This document shows positions 17,401-25,532 of a stretch of 64,000 nt of DNA, in pieces. This stretch comes from Alphaproteobacteria bacterium (GTDB taxonomy: Bacteria; Pseudomonadota; Alphaproteobacteria; Bin95). Within the stretch, counting starts at the first letter, position 1, and each line of letters begins with the position of its first letter. Position numbers and translations under genes: made by a program. The notes under the pieces are model-generated. The model saw nothing but the letters and a program-made list of their open reading frames with translations, searched no databases and was not told the origin of the DNA. The stretch covers positions 352,001 through 416,000 of the forward strand of contig CBDBGH010000003.1 of assembly GCA_965205265.1 (NCBI GenBank), written 5' to 3'.

Positions 17401-19334
17401 GCCCGCGCCGCCTCGTCGAGCCCGAGCCAGATGCGCGCCGCCGTCTCCCCGAGCGCGCCGGCGTCCACCTCGTGCACGTCGTCCCCGAGCCGCTCGACAG
17501 CCAGCGCCGGCTCCCGGTCCAGCGCCGCATCGACCGCCGCCTTCAGTTCCGGGGTCCGCTGGCGCAGGATCTCGTCCATGACCGCAATCGGCATGCCCGC
17601 GCGCTGCAGCAGCCGGAACGGGCCGCCCGCATCCACGGCGCGGAGCTGCGCCGTGTCGCCGACCAGCGCCAGCCGCCCGACCCCGAGCGTCTCCGCGATC
17701 CGCATCAGCGCCTGCATCTGCACCGTGCCGGTCATCGACGCCTCGTCCAGCACCAGCACCGTGCCGGCGTAACGCCGCCTGAGCCTTGCCAGTTCCTCCG
17801 CGCCGATGAGCCCGTCGGCGGCGTCGCCGAAGCGGGCGAGGAACCAGGCGAGCGTGCGCGCCGGCATGCCGGCCTCCGCGCCCATGGCGCGCGCCGCGAC
17901 CGCCGTCGGCGCGAGACCGATGACCCGCTTTGCGCCCGCCAGCCGCACGACCTCGCGCAGCATCGCCGTCTTGCCCGTGCCGGCATAGCCCTGCACCCCC
18001 AGGATGCGGTCATGCGAGCAGAGGATGTGCCGCACCGCGCGCTTCTGGCCCTCCGTCAGCCCGCTTGCCGCCAGGCCCCTGTCGACGGCCGCCTCCGCGA
18101 CGGTCGGCCCGCCCTCGCCGAGACCCGCACGCATCCGCGCCACCACGTCCTTCTCGCCCCTGAGGATGCGGTCGGTGGCGAAGGACGGGTCGCGCCGCTT
18201 CTTCGCCGCCACCAGGTGGCCGTCGCGCACCAGCCCGCGCACCGCCTCCCTCAGCGCCGGCAAGCGGAAGCTGCCGGGCGAGTGGCCGAGCGCCAGCGTC
18301 TCCAGCGACCGGGCCGTGAACACCGAGCTGCGCTCCTCCAGCTGCTCCATGCCGCGCCACACCACCTCCTGTGCCGAAAGCGCCGCGCCGTCCACCGCCG
18401 TCTGATGGATGCGCCGCCGCCGGCGCCGCATGGCCTGCGCCTTCCTGCCCGGCATCCCCATCTCGCGGGCGCGCGCCGCCCACATCGCCGTCATCGCCGC
18501 GCGGTCCGGCTCCGCCTTGCGCGTTCGCGTCGCCAGCGCCGCCTGCTGGCGCCTTGAGGCCGTGTTCCTCACCCCGTGCCTCTCCACCCACTTCAGGATA
18601 TCCCGCCGGCGGGTCGAGAAGCTCCGCAGCACCGGGCGCCCGTAGCCGCGGATCTCGAAGCTCGGCACATGCCCCGCCCGGGAAGGCTCGAGCTCGTAGC
18701 CCAGCGCCGCCACACGCGCCGCCAGCTCGTTGCGGTAGAACGCCCCGATCAGCATCTCGTTCGACGCGAGCGCGCCGAGGTCCGGGCTGCGCCACTCGCC
18801 GTCGCCCGTCAGCGTCATGTTGGCGATCACCGCATGGCTGTGCAGCTGCGGGTCGAGATTGCGGTTCGCCAGATGCCGGAACACCGCCGCCACCATGCCC
18901 GGCGCGCGCACCCGCCGGTGCCGCCGCCGCTCCCGGTCCCACTGCCGGGTGAGCAGCAGCTCCTCCTCGATCCACTCCAGCGTCGCCCGCACCGCCTCGT
19001 CATGCGCGCGCACCACCCGCTTGTCGCCGTCCACAAGCGCGGCCAGCGATACCGACTTCGGCGCCGAGAAGGTCACGTCGCGGCCCGCCTCGTGCACCAG
19101 CACGCCATCCTGGACGGTCCCGAGCCGGACCCCCGCCTTCGGCGCCTCGCCCTTCATGATCTCCGCGAAGCGCTTCGGCGAGACGTGGCGCCCGAGCCCC
19201 AGCGCCGCCGCGCCCTTCCCGTGCCAGCGGCTCGCCTTGCGGTGCTCCGGGTCGCCGGCGGCATAGTAGCCGTCCTCGACGAAATAGCTCACCACCGAAC
19301 GCGCCGAGTTGATCTTCGTTACATTGGCGACCAT
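14475..19334 (-). CDS. trwC: MOBF relaxase-helicase (TrwC/TraI-like) with long C-terminal repeat extension
   Basis: YFVEDGYY, DVTFSAPKSVS, HLANRNLDPQLHSH, GYAGTGKT, LDEASM, TVHGAQG. Confidence 0.93.
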   Translation of the reverse strand: MVANVTKINSARSVVSYFVEDGYYAAGDPEHRKASRWHGKGAAALGLGRHVSPKRFAEIMKGEAPKAGVRLGTVQDGVLVHEAGRDVTFSAPKSVSLAALVDGDKRVVRAHDEAVRATLEWIEEELLLTRQWDRERRRHRRVRAPGMVAAVFRHLANRNLDPQLHSHAVIANMTLTGDGEWRSPDLGALASNEMLIGAFYRNELAARVAALGYELEPSRAGHVPSFEIRGYGRPVLRSFSTRRRDILKWVERHGVRNTASRRQQAALATRTRKAEPDRAAMTAMWAARAREMGMPGRKAQAMRRRRRRIHQTAVDGAALSAQEVVWRGMEQLEERSSVFTARSLETLALGHSPGSFRLPALREAVRGLVRDGHLVAAKKRRDPSFATDRILRGEKDVVARMRAGLGEGGPTVAEAAVDRGLAASGLTEGQKRAVRHILCSHDRILGVQGYAGTGKTAMLREVVRLAGAKRVIGLAPTAVAARAMGAEAGMPARTLAWFLARFGDAADGLIGAEELARLRRRYAGTVLVLDEASMTGTVQMQALMRIAETLGVGRLALVGDTAQLRAVDAGGPFRLLQRAGMPIAVMDEILRQRTPELKAAVDAALDREPALAVERLGDDVHEVDAGALGETAARIWLGLDEAARAETALLAPTHELRERINDTVREALAEEGVLHGRTLTIERLVSRGMTRAQKGDIRNYVEGDEVVFLHDIWGGKARAGECFAVTGIEEGRVRLEHADGRRLAIRPDGRVRYQIEVYETRTIEIRAGDRIRWTRNDPAHGLANGDRAEVVEIGPRKVSFRGEDGRAFALSRKDMQLRHLDHAWSSTVHGAQGITRDNVVAVLDSGHGALTDQATFYVELTRARDRVVVLTDNREDLMAALEAATGERVSALEAVGEDPAVGIMDREELWPQLSAWRKHEARAEEAGVLPLDMEGHGEVVARLGRLAARRNLPCPPPAAVARIFEEQQTEAARRAEVEAWLQESGRSETARGTLGGEAEAAGLPLTDMDGWREWRDAAERRAKAGRRLLDGEAYRPHVARAGGTRSGIEREAGALEAAVALDDECAALLEDWRAHDKTAAEAGIHPFHAEGYGALVARLEEIADRQGLPAATAACMTALLEEHQALVLAGQAVRNVLPSYRKMDGRRAGLLAEAESSGVPVTDLAGWKDAREEAGALMRAGKALLESRRFGVHLDRDPADRKLVERVVAAAEADMLLADALETWRTHARQAKDEGISPFDAEGTEEAMAPLRALAARDDPPAALPRDIRDLVGEHGREMQARDLVEGWRREADGIANRRSVMVDEAARKGRAVAELPEWKAWRADARKVLDRGRGLPDHPRAAVRFARLPGLRASVGESARTLGSAIGAGNAAARLLRDWNAHVAAALAAGVQPSRAEGYGDLTARLDTMAQRPGLDKASAARLSGLAGRNEREERERVRKAVAAEYKELFERAGRKPSEMPYQVGYEAFRKSLDEARGFFDPDSKRGEQLAAIASQLDEQDKLMQRLKTLSEQAGEISREALRLRGGVYWRPPDTPVHERSGFPAWRRKADRFLAEWEAVERDAAMVPHLYRSSLTRKALEVTARLCRQAEYQAPQPDKRQQRRTQTLDRSEGGGMKL

Positions 19335-19433
19335 CGCCGTCCCCGCCGCCTGCCCGGCGCCGTGCATGATGCGGTGAATTGCATGGATGGCGGCGTCGGC
19401 GCCGCCGCCGCAACCGGGGTCATGGACGAAGCC

Positions 19434-20330
19434 TCAGCCGCCGTGGCCATCGGGCAGCAGGACAGCGGTGTCCCTGGGGAGTTCGGCTCCCAGCACGCTC
19501 GCGAAATTCACGATGCCGTAGCGGTACTCCCCCATGACGCTCAACACGGACACGAACGCGGCCAGCGCAACGATCCCGGCGGCCTTCAACCCCGCACGGC
19601 ACCACTGGCGGCCATGCCTCTCCTTGCGCGCCTTCGCCCGTTCATGCGCCCCGGCGTCCAAGGACCGCAATGTCTGCCGGGACCGAAGCCAGGCGACATC
19701 CTCCGCCGTCTTGCGGATGCGCTGCCGGTCGTGGGCCGAGAACACCACGCCGTCCGGCACCGATGCCGGGGGTTCGGCCTTGCCGGAGCCCGTCCCGGCA
19801 TCCGGCGCAGGATCGGGTGGAGGCGACTCTGTCCTGGCGTCCTTGGGTGCGGGCGCCTCCAGAGAAGCCTGCGAGCCGTCCGCCGCATCGCCGGCGCCCG
19901 CCTTCCGGCCCTTGCCGGACCGCCGCGCCGGTCGCTTCCGCCTGCCGCCCTCCGGCAAGGGTCCGAAGAGCCCCATCTGGCCATCGCCCGCGTCTCTGGC
20001 GTTACGCTCGGGTTCCGCTTCCTCCCGGCCCAGGAACCGCTCGGCCTCCGGCAGCGCGCCGGCGGCATCCAGGCCGCTTAGATGCGCCACCAGGTCGAGC
20101 GCATCGCCCCGGCCGCCCGTTGCCGCTTCGGTCCACCGGCCCTGCATCGAGCCGGCCAGAAAGACGCGGAGCGTCACGGCGCCCGTCTCGCCGCGTACCT
20201 CCCAGCAATCCTCGACCCGCGACCCCGAAGGCGCGTAATGCCGGCATACCTCTTCTATGGAATTTGTCAGCCCGGCGCTTGCGGCGCGCCTGCGTTCCGC
20301 ATCCGGAACGGTCTCTTTGCGGCCCGTCAT
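19434..20330 (-). CDS. Primase-N-terminal-like domain fused to linker and C-terminal TM helix
   Basis: EEVCRHYAPSG...GRWTEAATGGRGDALDLV...AERFLG; TM AAGIVALAAFVSVLSVM; GAGAGG RBS. Confidence 0.65.
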   Translation of the reverse strand: MTGRKETVPDAERRRAASAGLTNSIEEVCRHYAPSGSRVEDCWEVRGETGAVTLRVFLAGSMQGRWTEAATGGRGDALDLVAHLSGLDAAGALPEAERFLGREEAEPERNARDAGDGQMGLFGPLPEGGRRKRPARRSGKGRKAGAGDAADGSQASLEAPAPKDARTESPPPDPAPDAGTGSGKAEPPASVPDGVVFSAHDRQRIRKTAEDVAWLRSRQTLRSLDAGAHERAKARKERHGRQWCRAGLKAAGIVALAAFVSVLSVMGEYRYGIVNFASVLGAELPRDTAVLLPDGHGG

Positions 20331-20737
20331 CGATATCCTCTCCCTGTCCGCCGCGCCTCCTCGACCGCGACACTGCATGGCTCACAGAATACGGAACGGA
20401 AAGCGCCCCGCCCTCTGCGCCCGTCCGGGCTTCGCCATCCTCGGATGCCGCCGTAACCGGCTCCCTGGTTCGAGGGAGCGGGCCGCTTCCCGGTTACGGC
20501 AGACAAAGCCCTGTTTCCGGGGAAAGCATGACAGACTGCCGAAACATGCCTGTCAAGAGAGATACAACCGCAAAGAGTCGTTCAGGAGAAACCCGGGACC
20601 CGAAAAGCGCCCGGAAACATGCCGGCGCACGACATGGAGCCCGGAAGTTCCGAAGGCAGAAAAATCGTTGCGCATTCTTCCCAGGGTCTGCTATTGCAGC
20701 GCGCCTTCGACAGAAAGACAGGAAAGGACGGTGCCTC

Positions 20738-21004
20738 ATGGTCGACGAGGCTTCCCTCTCGAAAGGCGAGTTGCGAAAGCTCAACGCGCTGCGCAAGTCC
20801 CTGGGCCCTGCCATTGCCGACGAGGCATTCGCCAAATGGTTCGCCCAAGCAGTTAATAATGAAACGGCAGCCGACGAAAATGCCGAGACCATCGCTGGAG
20901 CATTATGGAACCTGGTGCAGGAAGACAAGCTCACGATCCGGCGCGGCGGCTATATGGTGCGGCGTGGCCGCGGGCGCGTCATCGTCGAACCCCTCGGGAA
21001 CTGA
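20738..21004 (+). CDS. Hypothetical protein (88 aa)
   Basis: AAGGA RBS, MVDEASLSKGELRKLNALRKS... Confidence 0.65.
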   Translation: MVDEASLSKGELRKLNALRKSLGPAIADEAFAKWFAQAVNNETAADENAETIAGALWNLVQEDKLTIRRGGYMVRRGRGRVIVEPLGN

Positions 21005-21184
21005 CCGCCCACAACTAAATTGGCAGACTGCTTGTGAAGATCGGGGCGAGAGGCGTCCGATCATCCGACTGGCGCCGCCCGGAAGCTTTTTGGCATTGTG
21101 CAGCATCGGCGTGTGAATGACCGCAAGCGCTCGGAAACTTCGCCCGGCGGATGAAATGCCGCTCCTCGGCGAAACGATCCTGTG

Positions 21185-21610
21185 CTACCGGCGGCCGATG
21201 GCGCTGTCGTCGCCGTCCGAGCCCATGGCACGCGTAATCAGATAATCCGCGACGTCCTGGAAATAGATTTCGAGCTCGGTCTGAAGCCGGCTGAACTCTG
21301 CCCAGACCACACGGTCGAAGGACCGTTCCCGCGCGCGCACCATGACGGTAGTGCGCCGTTGCCGTGCATAGCGGAAAGGACGCAAGCCATGCTTGCGGCA
21401 GACAGCAACGAACAGCCTGACCGACCACATGTCGGGCAGCGAGAACTGGAGCTCGGTCTCCGGTCCACCATCCTCATCGGCATTGCCGAGGCGGCCGCGC
21501 AGCCGCTCCATTGCAGCCCCGGCGGCGGCCTGTTCCCCCAGGCTGCCGGCTTGGCGAAACAGCGCCTCGACCTTTGCGAGTCTCTCCCGGAGTTTTTCGT
21601 CGCCCAACAT
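21185..21610 (-). CDS. Hypothetical protein with DUF2786-like N-terminus
   Basis: LRERLAKVEALF...GEQAAAGAAMERL. Confidence 0.65.
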   Translation of the reverse strand: MLGDEKLRERLAKVEALFRQAGSLGEQAAAGAAMERLRGRLGNADEDGGPETELQFSLPDMWSVRLFVAVCRKHGLRPFRYARQRRTTVMVRARERSFDRVVWAEFSRLQTELEIYFQDVADYLITRAMGSDGDDSAIGRR

Positions 21611-21768
21611 CGCAATCCGTCCCACCGAAACGCAACAGGGCCATGACACAGGCGCCGGGCCCGGCTGTCCATGCGCAGGACCGCGGGAAACGGGCATTGC
21701 GCGGATATCGCGCAGACCGGCGCAACATGCTACTCAGGTCACGATGGAGTCGGATCGGGAGCGGGTGC

Positions 21769-22053
21769 ATGAACAAGTCCGAATTGGCTGAGCGTCTTGC
21801 CGGGCGCACAGGAAGTAGCAAGGCCGCCGCGAAGGACGCGGTCGACGGTGTGTTCGACGTGATCGCCGAGGCCCTGGCAGATGGCGAAGACGTGCGGATT
21901 ATCGGATTCGGCACCTTCGGAACCAGGGAGCGCCCGGCGCGTATCGCCCGTAACCCGCGCACGGGAGAAAATGTGCCGGTGGCGGCTTCGACCGTGCCGG
22001 TCTTCAAACCCGGCAGATCCCTCAGGAATACCGTCGCCGGCGAAGCCTCATGA
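21769..22053 (+). CDS. hup: HU family DNA-binding protein
   Basis: MNKSELA...GFGTF...RNPRTGE...PVFKPG. Confidence 0.93.
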   Translation: MNKSELAERLAGRTGSSKAAAKDAVDGVFDVIAEALADGEDVRIIGFGTFGTRERPARIARNPRTGENVPVAASTVPVFKPGRSLRNTVAGEAS

Positions 22054-22301
22054 TCCGCCGCCAAAGGGGGAAGCGGGCCATGCCAGGACAATGAGGGTCG
22101 CGATGTTGTATCCGCGCGCTTGCGATACGATGACGGATGCCACCGCATTCCTGTCCGTCCGGTGTCGAGAAGCCAGGAAGAAGGCGGACTTCGGCAGCCT
22201 CAAGGCGCCCCGCCCCGATTGCCGCGACAGAACCGGCAGAAACGTGTATGTCGCAAACGGAGTCCTGTCGAACACGTTGGTCGCAAGCATATAGGTAAGG
22301 T

Positions 22302-22573
22302 TCAGCTGGACAGTGTGAGCCGTTGAACTTCGTTGTTGAAGGTTTCTGTAACCGCCGTACCTTCTGCTTCGGGCAGCCACTTTACCATATTCGGAACAAT
22401 TTTTTCCACATACGGATATCGCGTTCCGAAAAAGGCATAGTCTCTGAGCTACTAAGTTTACGGAGTAGAATATTCAATCGTGATCTGATGGCGTCGATGT
22501 CTGGTGTAGAGGAACGCTTTGGCGGTGTCATTTTGCCTTCGCCGAAAAGACTCTGTTGACCATCAACCGTCAT
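22302..22573 (-). pseudogene. Frameshifted small hypothetical gene downstream of type ISP enzyme
   Basis: ...MPFSERDIRMWKKLF, then continues in another frame PNMVKWLPEAEG...EVQRL to TGA at 22302. Confidence 0.45.
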
Positions 22574-23570
22574 CTATCTCATCTCCTGCGTCCCGTGGCC
22601 AAAGCACATTGCGCGTGAGCGGTGTATCGAGTGCCCGTGCCAGGATGGTATCGGCCTGGTCGAACAGGTCAATTAAACAGGCGATTCGGGCACAAACGTT
22701 TTGAAACTCTTGGAAGAGTTCGAGATTGACTGGCAGGCCCTTGCGGCCTTCAAGCCAACGCTGAAGTACAGAGTATCCGCTGACCTCGAAATCCCAAAGA
22801 TTCTCGGGCAATCCTGTAACAGTGCCGGTTCCATCTGCAGACAGGTTGAGTGTCGTTCCTTGAGGTTCCTCAACGTGCAACAGGGCTCCGACGCTCGGAG
22901 TGGTCGCGAGTTGGACGAATGACAGGTCATCCAATGCTGGAGGTGTCTGTGCAAACGTCTCGATCTCGCGAATCCGCGCACCGAGCACGGCCGCCTGGTC
23001 GAAAACCGCATGGTCAGCAGGCAAGGGAATATGCGGAAATTCGTCCTCAAGGTCTTCGGCAAATCGCAGCGTGTAGCTTGATGCTGAGCCAAGGCAGAGT
23101 ATTGCATCGAAGACGTTTTCGGCTATGACGGCGGTACCATAGACTGCCGTCAAGCTGTCGACGAGATCGACCGAGAGGTTCGACGCCGCGCGAGCTGGAC
23201 GGCGGTCGTAAAGGGGAAAAGCATAACCGCCGTAGCTGCCCCGGAAACTGTGGTAGTCAGGCAGCAGAGCGTGGCACCAGACAGCAGGCCCGGCTCCGAT
23301 GCCGCGGGGAAGCGTGTACAGCGCGGCGTTGGTTTCACCCCATACTTGCTGGAGTCGGGGGCGAAGACGGTCTCCGTACTGGTGTTGCAAGTATATGAAT
23401 CGGCGATCAAGCGGACGATAAGCTGCTTCCCGAATTGCTTCCGGATCGAATGGAACGGTGCGCGCGGATCTGGCGGTCCTGTAGCCGGTGTCATGGAACA
23501 TTTCCCGTGCAGCTTCGTCTGTTGCATCGAGGAACGCTTCAATCCGACGGCGTAGGCGTTCGGGGCTTGT
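22563..23570 (-). pseudogene. Type ISP restriction-modification enzyme, C-terminal specificity domain only
   Basis: YRPLD, FPLY, Y..RFAEDLEDEFPHIPL, WDFEVSGYSVLQRWLEGRK; 5' part missing. Confidence 0.8.
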
Positions 23571-23597
23571 GTGTGCAGACGGCCCGGAGGCCCGCAG

Positions 23598-24581
23598 ATG
23601 TTTCTCGAACCCCCGTTCAACGCTTCGGAGGCGCAGGATCGAGACCGGGACCCCATGCTCGCGGAGCAGTTGGCACAGTTCGTCCGGGCGGCAAGCGGCG
23701 CGTTCTCAGGCAATACCGAGCGGGCGCTCAGGTCCGATCTCGCCATCTACGCCGAGTGGTGTGCGGAGCGAGGACAGCGGGCGCTGCCGGCAAAGCCCGA
23801 GACCGTCGCCGCTTTCGTCGACGCCAAGGCGGAACTGCGCGCGCCCGCCACGGTGCGCCGCTACGTCACCAGCCTCGTCATCGCCCACCGGGCGCTCGGG
23901 CTGGAGAAAACGATCAAGAGCCCGCCGGTTCAGCTCGCGCTCAAGCGCATGCACCGGAAGAAGGGACGGCGCCAGGATCAGGCGACGGGACTGACCTGGC
24001 CGCTGCGCCAGCGCCTGCTGGAGGCTGCGGACGGCCGGCTGATCGACGACCGCAACCGCGCGCTGCTCGCCGTCGCCTACGACGCGATGCTGCGTCGGGC
24101 CGAACTGACCTCATTGGAAGTCACTGACCTGCTTGAGGAAGTGCAGGGCGACGGCAGCCTGCTGGTGCGCCGCTCCAAGACCGACAGCGAGGGCCGGGGC
24201 GAGATCGTCTGGGTCGGCCGGGACACCGTCCGGCTGGTGCGGGTATGGCTCGACCGAGCCGGGATCGCGGAAGGCAAGCTGTTCCGCTCGGTTGGCAAGG
24301 GAGGACGGATCGGCGAGCGGCTCCATCCCTGCCAGGTGCCGCGCATCTTCAAGACCATGGCGCGCGAGGCTGGCCTGCCGGACGCGGTGGCCTCAGGCCT
24401 CTCCGGGCACAGCGCCCGGGTCGGCGCGGCCCAGGACATGGTCGCCGCCGGCATCGAGCTGCCGGCGATCCTCCACGCCGGGCGCTGGAAGTCGACTGCG
24501 ATGGTGAACCGCTACAGCGAGCGGCTGCTGGCGCGGCGCAGCGGTGCGGCGCAACTGGCCCGGATGCAGCAGCGGGGCTGA
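23598..24581 (+). CDS. Cre-like tyrosine recombinase
   Basis: GGAGG RBS; AYDAMLRRAEL, RRSKTD, SGHSARVGAAQDM, GRWKSTAMVNRY match the Cre catalytic pattern. Confidence 0.9.
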   Translation: MFLEPPFNASEAQDRDRDPMLAEQLAQFVRAASGAFSGNTERALRSDLAIYAEWCAERGQRALPAKPETVAAFVDAKAELRAPATVRRYVTSLVIAHRALGLEKTIKSPPVQLALKRMHRKKGRRQDQATGLTWPLRQRLLEAADGRLIDDRNRALLAVAYDAMLRRAELTSLEVTDLLEEVQGDGSLLVRRSKTDSEGRGEIVWVGRDTVRLVRVWLDRAGIAEGKLFRSVGKGGRIGERLHPCQVPRIFKTMAREAGLPDAVASGLSGHSARVGAAQDMVAAGIELPAILHAGRWKSTAMVNRYSERLLARRSGAAQLARMQQRG

Positions 24582-24887
24582 GCGGCACCGGGGGCATGCG
24601 AACGAAGCCGTTGGGCTATGATGGCGCGACCTTCGACGCGGGATTCTGCAGCACAAATACGGCCGGAACCCGGGCCGCGCGCCTCATGGGCGCAAATTCA
24701 GAAAATGCTATCGAGCGCAATAATTGGCACCGTCAGCGGGCCGGGCTTCCTGCCGGTATGGCCTGCACGGGGCCGGCAGATCCTGGAAAAATCGCTATAA
24801 TTCAACGAGATGTCAGCAGTTGGAGGTGGGATTCCGTGGTCTGTCGCGGATGCGGTGGGCTGCCGGTGCGAGTACGATATTGACAAT

Positions 24888-24921
24888 ATTGCGCGCGATA
24901 GCGACAGCTATCGCGCGTAAT
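24888..24921. other. Candidate lox-like recombination site (13-8-13)
   Basis: ATTGCGCGCGATA-GCGACAGC-TATCGCGCGTAAT, 12/13 inverted arms. Confidence 0.65.
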
Positions 24922-25532
24922 CCGGAGCCGGAGCGAGCGGCTCCGCGCCGCCTGGCAAGCCGCCCAAGAGGTTGATATTTCGGGCATTTCGGACGCCGCA
25001 GGGAGCTTCCGGTTCCCGGAGGTCCGTTCCGCCGCCTGATATCCCCGATATCGTGAACCTGAGACGATCATTGCCCGGTTTCCCGCGTCTCGACAGAGGC
25101 GTGTCCCCGCAGGATGCGCTACGGCATCGGGCGGGACCGCGGTCGCCGGCATGCAGCTGCGGCCCCGGACCCTGCGTTCTCCCTTCTCCCCATTCTCCCT
25201 GTTAGCGGGCCAGACCCTGCAGGGATAATGCCCATCGCCAGAACATTCATGCGCGGGCGGCATGCCCTGTAGCCAGCACGGATCGGTAAGTGCCGCAGCC
25301 GGACGAGGATGATCGCATCAGGGTGACACGGCCCGAGCGGCACCGGCGCATTCATGCCCCGGTGGCATGGATTCGGACGCGGAGGGCATTTTCTTTCCTG
25401 CTGTCAACGGATTAATCGACCTCCCTCAGCATGCCGGGACGGCGACACCGCGAGCCGTAGCGCTTCGCGGGCGGAATCCGTGCCTCCCACCGGACGCGAT
25501 GCGCGCGCGGCGTGCATCGAGGGAAAGACGCC

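Noticed and set aside
21696-21715. ATTGCGCGGATATCGCGCAG, resembling the lox-like arms
   Set aside because: No spacer, requires an indel, and is low-complexity GC sequence
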